The notes beneath the pieces are model-generated. The model was not told the origin of the DNA. It did no database searches and saw only the letters and a list, made by a program, of their open reading frames with translations. A DNA stretch of 63,024 bases, counting the filler, from Octopus bimaculoides (lineage: Eukaryota): the NCBI RefSeq assembly GCF_001194135.2. It is 10 parts of 10 records of this genome, joined end to end, with 100 filler letters (N's around TTAATTAATTAA, not from the genome) between each part and the next. Parts side by side here need not be neighbours in the genome. Positions count along the whole stretch, not along the records: positions 1 to 4,438 come from NW_026434395.1; positions 4,539 to 17,482 come from NC_068987.1; 8 more parts are not named here. One strand, 5' to 3'. Made by a program: the position numbers and the translations under genes. Below are positions 1 to 11,860 of this stretch, in pieces; position 1 is the stretch's first letter; every line of letters starts with the position of its first letter.

Positions 1-580
1 TATGTATGGGTGCGTGTGGGTATTAATGTCTGTGAGAATGTATCTATGTGTGTATGTATGTCTGTGTGCATGTGTATGTATGTATGTATGTATGTATATA
101 TATATATATATATGTTAGTGGGTGGGTGTGTATGTGTGTGTGTATTATATATGTGTGTATTATATGTGCGTATTGCATGTATGTGTGTGTGTATGTAAGT
201 ATGTGTGTGTATATGTATGTATATATATATATATATGAGTTAGTGGGTGTGTGTGTATGTATGTGTGTGTGTGTGTATGTATGTGTGTATTGTATGTATG
301 CATGTGTGTAAATGTATGTATGGATGTATGTATGTATGTGTGCATGTATGTATGTGTGCATGTATACACATATTTGTACGTAATTGAATACGTTTGTTTT
401 ATACGCGTGTGTGTGTGTATGTGTGTGTGTGTGTGCGCGTGCATATGTGTATGATTGATGCATTTCCTTAATAGCTACCTACCTATCAATCTATATGATT
501 ATATGTATATACATATATATGTATACCCACATACACATACATACACACATACACACCTATATATATATATATATATATGT
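1..580. repeat. Compound (TA)n/(TG)n/(TGTA)n microsatellite field; similar tracts recur every few hundred bases and flank most N gaps
   Basis: Direct reading; source of the CV/YI/HT pseudo-ORFs. Confidence 0.97.
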
Positions 581-599
581 CCTTGTTTTCGTATACATT

Positions 600-790
600 C
601 GCTGTCTTCTTCCAAGGAACCTAATGCTCTTAGCTTAATTTTTCCTTGGGGTTGGCCAGATTGGAGCAATCTCGAGTATAACCAGTCTGAAATTGCAAAG
701 ATAGTTTGGAACTCGACTGAGGAAAGAAAACTCCGAATGACCCGTCCTTGTTTTCTTTGTAACGTCTATCTGGATGTTTTGTTGTCCTTT
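600..790 (+). repeat. Dispersed repeat, unclassified (possibly Penelope-like terminal region); diverged relative at 23800-24010 in opposite orientation
   Basis: Reverse complement (caaggacgggtcattcggagttttctttcctcagtcgag...aagctaagagcattaggttccttggaagaa) aligns with caggacggaacattcgtggctttctttcatcagtcaag...aagctaagggcattaaatttttggaagaa at 23850-23990. Confidence 0.5.
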
Positions 791-799
791 TTTTTTTGT

Positions 800-862
<63 letters not shown>

Positions 863-1343
863 ACATATATATGGAAGGAGATTGCTCTTTCCCGGGGATG
901 CGTTTTATCCAAGCGTACACTAGTTTAGCTCTGTATCGATTAGCGATATTGGAAGTTATGTGTTTATCGCTGTTTCTTCTTCGATATTGGTACCTTATAC
1001 TTCTGAGATTACAGTTGTCTCCATAGAGATTTTCATTATTTTAGATATAGGAGAAAAAGTTCTATATATATATATGTCTGTGTGTGTGTGTGTATTTAAC
1101 ACATAATATATATACATATATAATATATAGATTTTAAAATATATATATATGTATAATGCAAAGAATATATATGCATGTATACACACATATATGTACATAC
1201 TTACATCTACATGTGTATATAGATGCATATCAGGGTACAGGACGTTAGAACAATGAACTACAGACAACGGAACGAACACATAGGAAAACAGATACCACTT
1301 GGAATTAATCCTTCGTCAGCTGCTTCTATTCTAACTAGACGTT

Positions 1344-1415
<72 letters not shown>

Positions 1416-3604
1416 ATATATTATACACACACACACATACGCAAGTAACTAACATATATATGTATATGCATACACAGACACCCGCCCGTATGTGCGTGTG
1501 AGAGTGTGTATATGTGGGGGTAATTAATTAGTCCTGTCAAAGGTTAAAGGTCATCTTTAGTAAAGGCGTGTCAAGCAGTCAACATTCTAATTATATTAGT
1601 GTTGGTATGTACATAGTTGTACGTGTATACACACCGTACGCATCTATATATATATATATACTGGGGTAGACACCTATATTTATTGTTTACAAATTTCTTC
1701 ATACCGTTGGGTATTGTTTTTTTTGGGGGGGTTTTACTTTGTTTTGGGGATTTTTTTTTTTTTTTGCTGTTTAAAAACATTGAAGCGAAATTTCTGTATC
1801 TTATATTGTCTTAGTCATCATGACAAGTCCATGCTGGAGCACCGCTGTGATTGTTCATATTCATTGTCAAGATTAGCATTTGATTATGCATGTACAAGCC
1901 TCTGTGTTTCTATGTTTCTTATGGATTCGAAAACTGAGTTACCGATTCTGATGTATGAAGTATCAAAAGATTGCAGTAATCTTCCGGCTACCAAATAAAG
2001 TATGTTTTATTTTTACACAACAACTCTTTTTTTACTACAAAAATAACCTCGAAAATGTGCGTGTGTGCGTGCGTGCGTGCGTGTGTGTGTGTGTGTGTGT
2101 GTGTGTATGACTAGTCATACACACACACACACANNNNNNNNNNNNNNNNNNNNNNNNNNNNNNNNNNNNNNNNNNNNNNNNNNNNNNNNNNNNNNNNNNN
2201 NNNNNNNNNNNNNNNNNNNNNNNNNNNNNNNNNNNNNNNNNNNNNNNNNNNNNNNNNNNNNNNNNNNNNNNNNNNNNNNNNNNNNNNNNNNNNNNNNNNN
2301 NNNNNNNNNNNNNNNNNNNNNNNNNNNNNNNNNNNNNNNNNNNNNNNNNNNNNNNNNNNNNNNNNNNNNNNNNNNNNNNNNNNNNNNNNNNNNNNNNNNN
2401 NNNNNNNNNNNNNNNNNNNNNNNNNNNNNNNNNNNNNNNNNNNNNNNNNNNNNNNNNNNNNNNNNNNNNNNNNNNNNNNNNNNNNNNNNNNNNNNNNNNN
2501 NNNNNNNNNNNNNNNNNNNNNNNNNNNNNNNNNNNNNNNNNNNNNNNNNNNNNNNNNNNNNNNNNNNNNNNNNNNNNNNNNNNNNNNNNNNNNNNNNNNN
2601 NNNNNNNNNNNNNNNNNNNNNNNNNNNNNNNNNNNNNNNNNNNNNNNNNNNNNNNNNNNNNNNNNNNNNNNNNNNNNNNNNNNNNNNNNNNNNNNNNNNN
2701 NNNNNNNNNNNNNNNNNNNNNNNNNNNNNNNNNATATATATTCGAATATCCCATAAATGTGACCTTCACGTTTGATATTATTAGGTCGATGCTCCAAGAT
2801 GAAAAAAAGGTTGAAAACTGAGAGTTGTGGAGAAATAGCAAAAAGATTCGGAACTGGTCCTTCGTCAGATTTTAGAGCAAAGTTCAGCGATAAGGTGAAA
2901 GCCGAGAAAAAGGAGATAGAAATAGCCTAAAAATGCACGTGCGTAACTCACATTTTTTAAAATCTCTGACAAGCCGGAAATACGAGAGAAGTAATTGTGG
3001 ATTCTAATAGCAGAAAAATGTTTCTCGGTATGTATGTGTGTGTGTGATTATGCAATTGAACAAAATATTTCTCCCGTGGAAACTCAGCTTTTGAACAAAG
3101 AGAATAATATCTGTAAGTTTTCCTTCCGTCGTAGAGTATAAATAAAATAAACGCAAGGTGACGTTTATGACATCACGTGTTCACTCCCTTGTTTACAATT
3201 GTTTCATCAAGCTGCAGGTAACTAACCAGACACCACATCTGCAGGCATGAATGGCAACGACGGTTTAGTCATACATATCATGTATATATATATATATATA
3301 TATATATAATACCATGTATGTACATAATATCTGTGTGTTTATTATTATGATTAGTTTCCTAGCTGACTTCGTTAAAGGTTACATATTAAAGTGTACTACC
3401 ACTACTATATCCGTGCGTGTGTGAGCGCGGGTGTGTGTTCGCTGACTGTGCATCGAACAATACTTCATTTGCATATACTTCGTCACACCTATCTACTACC
3501 CTGCCACGTTACTATTATCAGATTTTGTCAATGATCGTTGTTGTTCTATATCGAGCTTAGTGGTATGCAAGAAATCACAAGTATGTATGTGTGAGTATAT
3601 ATAT

Positions 3605-3895
3605 TTCATTTTCTTCATTTTCATTTTATTTCATTTTATCTAGTTTCAGCTCATGAGCTGTGGCCATGCTGGGGCGCCGCCATTTGGTGTTGCTACACAA
3701 TTAATTTTACTTCACGAATTTTACCTCAGGAATTGACATTTGGTGCATGAGAGAATTTGATGCAGCTGCCCTCATCTGCACCTCCTGTTGCGGAGTTGGT
3801 TCATCTGGGACACCTGACAGGAAGAGGTCCAGCCTCATCTTGAAGACACCTACATCCACCCCATGCAGGTCTCTCAGGTCCTTCGGGAGGATATT
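3605..3895 (-). mobile_element. 5'-truncated LINE 3' end, CR1/L2 group (Daphne/Crack-like C-terminus) with 3' UTR stem-loop and TAAAA-type tail
   Basis: Minus-strand frame 3895-3707 reads NILPKDLRDLHGVDVGVFKMRLDLFLSGVPDEPTPQQEVQMRAAASNSLMHQMS..., matching the LPxxLR...FKxxLDxFLxxVPDEP...RAAxSNSL terminal motif; followed by ggcggcgccccagcatggccacagctcatgagctgaaactag. Confidence 0.75.
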
Positions 3896-4406
3896 ATATA
3901 TATATATGCATCTGTATGTGTATTTAATTTTTTTTTTTTTATATATAGTTTCAGCTCAGAGCTGCGGCCATGCTGATATTAATTTATACATATTTGTATT
4001 CATGAAAATATGTACAAAAACATTTTCTATTATATATCCAAATATAGGTCCATATAGAAGTGCTATCCAGTGCTATCTAGTAGCTGCGTTATACGTACAT
4101 CCCGGTTTGCGTTTGGGCTTCTGTAGTGTGCGAATAGATTATTGAAAAAATTGGGTTCAACAAGAGTGTCCACCAACTGTATCCCTTCTTGTTGACTCCA
4201 ATTTCTTCAATCCTATATATATATCATTGACTACACTTAACGAAGAAAGGAAATGTGTTTGTCGGTAAGCTGCTATTTGGCTTGGTAGAGATGACTCCCT
4301 CAAAATGCCGGGTGTTAAAACACCTGAAAATCGTAGACAGGCGAGACAACTCACCCCAAATCCCATTCAGGGATGAAGGACATCGACCTTTCTCAAATTT
4401 GTTGGC

Positions 4407-4438
<32 letters not shown>

Positions 4439-4935
4439 NNNNNNNNNNNNNNNNNNNNNNNNNNNNNNNNNNNNNNNNNNNNTTAATTAATTAANNNNNN
4501 NNNNNNNNNNNNNNNNNNNNNNNNNNNNNNNNNNNNNNTATATATATATATAGTGAAAGATAGATCGATAGATTATGTGTGTATGTATAGAGAAAAATAA
4601 ATAGACAGATAGATAGAATGACAGATATATGCACACCCACGCAGACACCCACACACCCACCCACACATGCAGAGATATATTTATGAATGAAAATCCCCGT
4701 GAATGAATGCAGTATATAAATAATACAGATAGTACTCCACTACTACCAAATATGTAGCTACGCTTCTCGTATATACATATTATCTTACCCTGTAGAATGA
4801 TTACATTACATGTCATATTTCTGATTTATCTGCTACTTTCTTGACTTACCCCCCCCTATCTTTCCCTTCTACCCTCACATTTCTTTCTCATTCACGCTGT
4901 TACCGAAGATGCTAATGTTTGTTTATATATGCGTG

Positions 4936-4980
<45 letters not shown>

Positions 4981-5024
4981 ATATTTGTATCTGCATATTT
5001 ATGTGCATGTGTGTATATCTTAAT

Positions 5025-5059
<35 letters not shown>

Positions 5060-5144
5060 AAATGTATATTTATCTATATATATGAATATAGGCATATGTA
5101 TATTTGTGTGTATGTGTGTGTGTATGTGTGTGAATACGTGTGTG

Positions 5145-5200
<56 letters not shown>

Positions 5201-5330
5201 CGTATAGAAATATGCATGCATATGCATTAATGAATGAAGTATATGTACATGTATGTATATTTGTTCATATTGATATGCATTCATAGATACACACAAACAT
5301 ATATTTACATACATATATGTATATGGAAAG

Positions 5331-5407
<77 letters not shown>

Positions 5408-5716
5408 NNNNNNNNNNNNNNNNNNNNNNNNNNNNNNNNNNNNNNNNNNNNNNNNNNNNNNNNNNNNNNNNNNNNNNNNNNNNNNNNNNNNNNNNNNNNN
5501 NNNNNNNNNNNNNNNNNNNNNNNNNNNNNNNNNNNNNNNNNNNNNNNNNNNNNNNNNNNNNNNNNNNNNNNNNNNNNNNNNNNNNNNNNNNNNNNNNNNN
5601 NNNNNNNNNNNNNNNNNNNNNNNNNNNNNNNNNNNNNNNNNNNNNNNNNNNNNNNNNNNNNNNNNNNNNNNNNNNGTGTGTGTATGAATGTGTATATCTA
5701 TCAATATCTATATCTA

Positions 5717-5783
<67 letters not shown>

Positions 5784-6153
5784 ATAATTGCATGTGGTGG
5801 GGGATCTATCAGGCGGGCGCTATCCACAATGATATGCTCAGATTCACACAAAACCAGAGGAAATCACTATGGTACCGTCAACTGACCGATCATCATTAGG
5901 GTGAACTCAAGGATGTGCCCGATGCGAATTGAAATGAACTCTAGTGGCAGCCTCAGAAACCAAAGTTTTCCTGACCCGAAGCCTGTCCTCTGATAATGGT
6001 TAGCAAGTTTCGCCCTAGTAGAAGCAACTATAACACTTGTCACATGAGGAGTCGAGGAATAGGACAGTTTGATGGTACTCCTGTTGTATGTGAGTGTCTG
6101 TGTGTTTGTGTGTGTTTATGCATGTGTCTGTGTCTGTATGTATATACATATAT

Positions 6154-6259
<106 letters not shown>

Positions 6260-7225
6260 NNNNNNNNNNNNNNNNNNNNNNNNNNNNNNNNNNNNNNNNN
6301 NNNNNNNNNNNNNNNNNNNNNNNNNNNNNNNNNNNNNNNNNNNNNNNNNNNNNNNNNNNNNNNNNNNNNNNNNNNNNNNNNNNNNNNNNNNNNNNNNNNN
6401 NNNNNNNNNNNNNNNNNNNNNNNNNNNNNNNNNNNNNNNNNNNNNNNNNNNNNNNNNNNNNNNNNNNNNNNNNNNNNNNNNNNNNNNNNNNNNNNNNNNN
6501 NNNNNNNNNNNNNNNNNNNNNNNNNNNNNNNNNNNNNNNNNNNNNNNNNNNNNNNNNNNNNNNNNNNNNNNNNNNNNNNNNNNNNNNNNNNNNNNNNNNN
6601 NNNNNNNNNNNNNNNNNNNNNNNNNNNNNNNNNNNNNNNNNNNNNNNNNNNNNNNNNNNNNNNNNNNNNNNNNNNNNNNNNNNNNNNNNNNNNNNNNNNN
6701 NNNNNNNNNNNNNNNNNNNNNNNNNNNNNNNNNNNNNNNNNNNNNNNNNNNNNNNNNNNNNNNNNNNNNNNNNNNNNNNNNNNNNNNNNNNNNNNNNNNN
6801 NNNNNNNNNNNNNNNNNNNNNNNNNNNNNNNNNNNNNNNNNNNNNNNNNNNNNNNNNNNNNNNNNNNNNNNNNNNNNNNNNNNNNNNNNNNNNNNNNNNN
6901 NNNNNNNNNNNNNNNNNNNNNNNNNNNNNNNNNNNNNNNNNNNNNNNNNNNNNNNNNNNNNNNNNNNNNNNNNNNNNNNNNNNNNNNNNNNNNNNNNNNN
7001 NNNNNNNNNNNNNNNNNNNNNNNNNNNNNNNNNNNNNNNNNNNNNNNNNNNNNNNNNNNNNNNNNNNNNNNNNNNNNNNNNNNNNNNNNNNNNNNNNNNN
7101 NNNNNNNNNNNNGTCGTCTTAGCGGTGCCCTGTGTCAAAACATATCATCCGTAGCAGGCGTTTTCTCAACATAGTTCACATGCCCCTGACTCGGGCTCAG
7201 AAGTCATAGTCCAAGTTGTTATCTA

Positions 7226-7435
7226 CAGGGTATCCACAAAGTCTGGGTACATGGAGTAAATAAAATCATGACATAATCAATTAGATATAAGAAATAATAA
7301 TTTATTAAAATATGTGTTAATCCCCATGTACCCAGACTTTAAATAAAATTATAACAAAAACAGTTAAATATAAGAAATAATAATTTCTTAAAGTATATAT
7401 TAATCCCCATGTACCCAGACTTTGTGGACACCCTG
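7226..7435. mobile_element. Tc1/mariner-type MITE, 210 bp, TA target duplication
   Basis: TA-CAGGGTATCCACAAAGTCTGGGTACATGG ... CCATGTACCCAGACTTTGTGGACACCCTG-TA; ~29-bp TIRs with one mismatch; internal duplication of the right arm. Confidence 0.88.
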
Positions 7436-7940
7436 TATAATAGTAAAAATTAAAAGTAATTCAAATTAAATTTTTTCTTGAAACAATAAATCTCTATAGA
7501 GATTAGGATTTAACTTCCAATGTATGAAGAGTTTCAGTTCTCCAATATTCTTAAAGGAGCGAAAAATTATCCAGCAACTCGGGCTTATACGAACGTGTAA
7601 AAGACAAATTGGCATCTCTTGTCAAAAGTACAGGCGACAAGTCAGATCGCTCACGTTTGCTGTGTACTCTGTTACCGTTGTTTGCTTGGTGTTATTTTGT
7701 GCGTCTATGTGTGAAGACCAGTTGTGTTTTGCAGGGTTGCTTTATTTTTACCCTTGACTTAGAGATTGAGAAAGACATCAAGCTAGATATAAAAAAGAAA
7801 TATGCCATTTGGGGCTAGAAATATTGCAGAAAATCGTGAGATTCTTCGAGCAGGCATATGTATATGCGTGAGTGCGTGTGTGATTTACGATGACTGATAA
7901 TTTTAAGTTTATTAAAAAAACCTAAGTAAATAAATATACA

Positions 7941-8085
7941 GGCGCAGGCGTGGCTGTGTGCTAAGAAGCTTGCTTACCAACCACGTGGTCCCGGTTTCAG
8001 TCCCACTGCGTGGCACCTTGGGCAAGTGTCTTCTGCTCTAGCCTCGGGCCGACCAAAATCCTTGTGAGTGGATTTGGTAGAAAAA
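7941..8085 (+). mobile_element. tRNA-derived SINE family A, 5' part (probably one of the published octopus OK/OR-type SINEs; name not verified)
   Basis: A-box/B-box-like head ggcgcaggcgtggctgtgtg...ccggtttcagtcccactgcgtggcaccttgggcaagtgtc plus core ccttgtgagtggatttggtag shared with many copies. Confidence 0.88.
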
Positions 8086-8990
8086 GAAAAAAGAAATGAA
8101 CAACTTCAACCGATTTTCGAACCTTTTTGGACTCTCATCACAGGCGTCTCCATCAATTTGACGAATCTCAGGGAAACAAGCAACCAATCTGTTTATATAC
8201 TCAACAAACCCGGTGGCTACAGAAAACTAGGGCTGCTAATTTGTATACCGTAAGTGTTTAACACTTTACTATCAGTGGCCTGTAATCTATAAAGCAGAAA
8301 TTCAATTTCTAAGATGTAAACTATAGGAGAGAGATATATATTCTAATATACATGATGTTTTGTTCATAACGATCAGAATACGGGTGGTTATAAATAAATA
8401 AAATAGCCCTCTACATATTCTTAATGTATGTACGCTGTTGATAGGCCATTTACTGCAGTATTTATCCTGAGATAACATCGCTTATGAGTTGGCTGTATTA
8501 AAAGCACAATAAATATCAGAGAAAGAGAGACGGTATGTTGTCACAGCAGCGGCCAGTGAGAGCGAAGTATGCATTTCAGCATTTTGGGGTCTTTTCCGGT
8601 CGTTGCTGAGATAAATTTTCGTCTCTGATGTTTATTGTGTGTTTAACACAAGTCCATGAAACATGCTTCCTCAGCAGACAAACACTGCATTATCTGAGTT
8701 GTTAATAGTGTGTATACATTAAATACGATACGTAGATGGCTATTTTAATCTAATACTACGTCAACTGCATATATATCGGATTTAAAATAAACAAACGATT
8801 AAACAAAAAATAGGAAAAAGAACAGACGATGGATAGGAAATGACGTTAATATGTAGAATGTTGTAAAAAAAGAAAAAAGAAACACTAAGAACAAACTGAA
8901 AATGACTAATGACGACCAACCGGTTGTATATGTCATGAAACCACCGTTAATTTCTGTAAATACACAAATACATATGTAAATTAAAAAGAC

Positions 8991-9048
<58 letters not shown>

Positions 9049-9066
9049 TGATATGCTTTCTAATTG

Positions 9067-9375
9067 ATGTACAAAGGCATGGAAATAGAGGTAACACGAA
9101 TGTGGAATCTAAAAAACAGAAACAATTTCTATCATATTGGGCGCATTAGGTATAATAAAAAAATATTCAGACAAATACATAACAAAAACACCAGGACGTA
9201 CAAATATATATAACATACAGAAAATTGCACTACTGGGCACTGCACACATCCTACGAAAAACACTTTCAATACAGTAACCATAAGGGCATCACAGCAAATC
9301 ACAGCACATACCCAAGGCACACAGAGCTGCGCTCGGTAGTGAAGTGAAAGCACGCTATGAAAATAAAACTACTGA
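9067..9375 (+). mobile_element. 5'-truncated R4/Dong-clade non-LTR retrotransposon (restriction-like endonuclease C-terminus plus 3' UTR) within (TAA)n
   Basis: YKGMEIEVTRMWNLK/TETISIILGALGIIKKYSDKYITKTPGRTNIYNIQKIALLGTAHILRKTLSIQ* (one frameshift, stop 9275-9277); (TAA)n at 8995-9045 and after 9375. Confidence 0.82.
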
Positions 9376-9403
9376 ATAATAATAATAACAACAACAACAA
9401 CAT

Positions 9404-9597
9404 TGGTTTCAAATTTTGAAACAAGGGCAGCAATTTTGGGGAGGAGATGAGTCGATAACATCGACTCCAGCCTTAAAATGGTACTTATTTTATCGACCCT
9501 GAAAGGATGAAAGGCAAATCCGACCTCTACGGAATTGGAACTCAGAATGCAGCGACGGGCGAAATACCACTAACCATTTCGCCCAGCGTGCTAATGT
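9404..9597 (-). mobile_element. SINE family C (tRNA head plus cctttcatcctttc.gggtcgataaaataagtacc core, Meta-domain-like), tandem copy 1
   Basis: Homologous to 9598-9832, 36660-36858, 43530-43695, 59910-60100. Confidence 0.82.
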
Positions 9598-9832
9598 TTC
9601 TTATTTCTTTATTGCCCACAAGCGGCTAAACATAGAAGGGAAAAACAAGGACAGACAAAGGAATTAAGTCGATTACATCGATCCCAGTGCGTAACTGGTA
9701 CTTAATTTATCGACTCCGAAAGGATGAAAGGCAAAGTCGACCACGGCGGAATTCGAACTCAGAACGTAGCGGCAGACGAAATACCGATAAACATTTTGCC
9801 TGGCGTGCTAACGATTCTGCCAGCTCACCGCC
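9598..9832 (-). mobile_element. SINE family C, tandem copy 2
   Basis: Minus strand ggcggtgagctggcagaatcgttagcacgccaggc...gttctgagttcgaattccgccgtggtcgactttgcctttcatcctttcggagtcgataaattaagtaccag. Confidence 0.87.
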
Positions 9833-10198
9833 TGAGTAATCATAATATAATTAAAGAAGGAAGGTAAATGAAGGAAAAGAAAACTAGGTTTTTAAGAACT
9901 GACGATAAACAAACAAGACTTACAGACTTTCAAACAGTTGGAGAGATAATGACTCGGTGATTAGGTTCGCAATTGTGCGACGAAAATTTTCATAATTCTA
10001 GAAGTGAATTTAAATTTCAAGTGAATTTTACATCTTTGTGTGATATTAAACGGTGTTAATTGCTGAAAATAATCAAGTGTAATAAACAATTTCTTCTTAC
10101 ATTTAGAAACTATGCGTTTTGTAAAAATTTTACAAAATATCTTCATGTGGCTGCAGAAATTATACTTACCCCCGGTAATAATAACCTACGCCCAGTAA

Positions 10199-10268
<70 letters not shown>

Positions 10269-10537
10269 AACACACACGCATACATATATATATGTATATG
10301 TGTATGCATATGTATATATATATATATGTATGTATATATATATATATGTATATATATATAAGGTTGAGGAGGGTATTGGATTTAACCAAACCCCGGAGGA
10401 TACAGGTAATACCGAATAAGTGCTGTATACCGATTAGTTTGCCCCAATCGTTGTATGAACAGGATTGGGTATTATAAGTCGTGTATTAGCGTGTGTATAT
10501 GTATATATATATATGTATATGTATATATATGTATGTA

Positions 10538-10623
<86 letters not shown>

Positions 10624-10643
10624 TATATATATGCATATATATG

Positions 10644-10692
10644 ATGATGATGGCCGTCCACTCCTCGGTCACGAGTGGACGGCCATCTTCAT
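10644..10692. repeat. 49-bp hairpin built from two inverted copies of an RTE LINE 3' tail
   Basis: atgatgatggccgtccactc-ctcggtcac-gagtggacggccatcttcat (19/20 paired); right half matches RTE tail ctcggtcacaagtggacggccatcat at 41888-41913. Confidence 0.8.
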
Positions 10693-10708
10693 GTATATAT
10701 ATATGTAT

Positions 10709-10769
<61 letters not shown>

Positions 10770-11724
10770 NNNNNNNNNNNNNNNNNNNNNNNNNNNNNNN
10801 NNNNNNNNNNNNNNNNNNNNNNNNNNNNNNNNNNNNNNNNNNNNNNNNNNNNNNNNNNNNNNNNNNNNNNNNNNNNNNNNNNNNNNNNNNNNNNNNNNNN
10901 NNNNNNNNNNNNNNNNNNNNNNNNNNNNNNNNNNNNNNNNNNNNNNNNNNNNNNNNNNNNNNNNNNNNNNNNNNNNNNNNNNNNNNNNNNNNNNNNNNNN
11001 NNNNNNNNNNNNNNNNNNNNNNNNNNNNNNNNNNNNNNNNNNNNNNNNNNNNNNNNNNNNNNNNNNNNNNNNNNNNNNNNNNNNNNNNNNNNNNNNNNNN
11101 NNNNNNNNNNNNNNNNNNNNNNNNNNNNNNNNNNNNNNNNNNNNNNNNNNNNNNNNNNGTGGACATGATAGACAAGCATGCACAAAAAAAATTGAGACAC
11201 GACCGGTATGTATACGCCTGTGAGTTTGTTTTTTATATGTGTGTATATGTGTATGTATGTATATATGTATGTACATATGTATGCGTGTATGTATGCATGT
11301 TTGCGTGTATGTATGTATGTATGTATGTATGTATGTATGTATGTATGTATGTATGTATGTATGTATGTATGGAAGATGATAGCCGTCTCACATTCAGCCT
11401 CATTTACTTTCATCCTGGAACATGCACATCTATCGCCGTAGGACTTGGTAAAATACGAAACTGATCAAGAAATGAAATAATAGGGAGACATCCGTACGTG
11501 ACTGGATTTAATTTTCAAAAGAATTTAGAACACTTTTGCCATTCTTTCGATCGCCAAAGTTGGTTCCAGCGATGACTAGCATTGCAAGATGATTGGTATT
11601 GTTTTGACTGCAAGTTTCATATCAGAGTATCTTTTCCCTGCAAGAGATCCTTTTCCCTACGGCTTTGTCAAAAACGACACAAGATTCCTTTAGCCGTGAA
11701 AAATGTATTTAATCCATAGAGAAG

Positions 11725-11860
11725 ACCCTAACGGATACTACTACAGTTCCGGGTCAGAACGGATCTGAGAGTAATGTGTGACTCAATGTTCCCTACAATA
11801 CCCAAACTTCCGAACAGGACCCTCATCATCGGATGTGGTTTTTAGTGCCATACCCAGGTT
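11725..11860 (+). repeat. Unclassified dispersed repeat; related copy at about 15295-15430
   Basis: Shared tactac..tccg.gtcaga......ctg.ga..aatg ... aacttccgaac.agg.c.c.ca..a.cggatg motif string at both loci. Confidence 0.55.

Noticed and set aside
10-463. Numerous ORFs rich in CV, YI, HT, LS, RE dipeptides across the window
   Set aside because: Translations of dinucleotide and tetranucleotide microsatellites that lack stops
4483-4494. TTAATTAATTAA 12-mer recurring nine times (4483, 17527, 21752, 30086, 34827, 41973, 44650, 47927, 59577), superficially a dispersed regulatory repeat
   Set aside because: Always centred in a 100-bp N block; it is an all-frame-stop scaffolding linker, not biology
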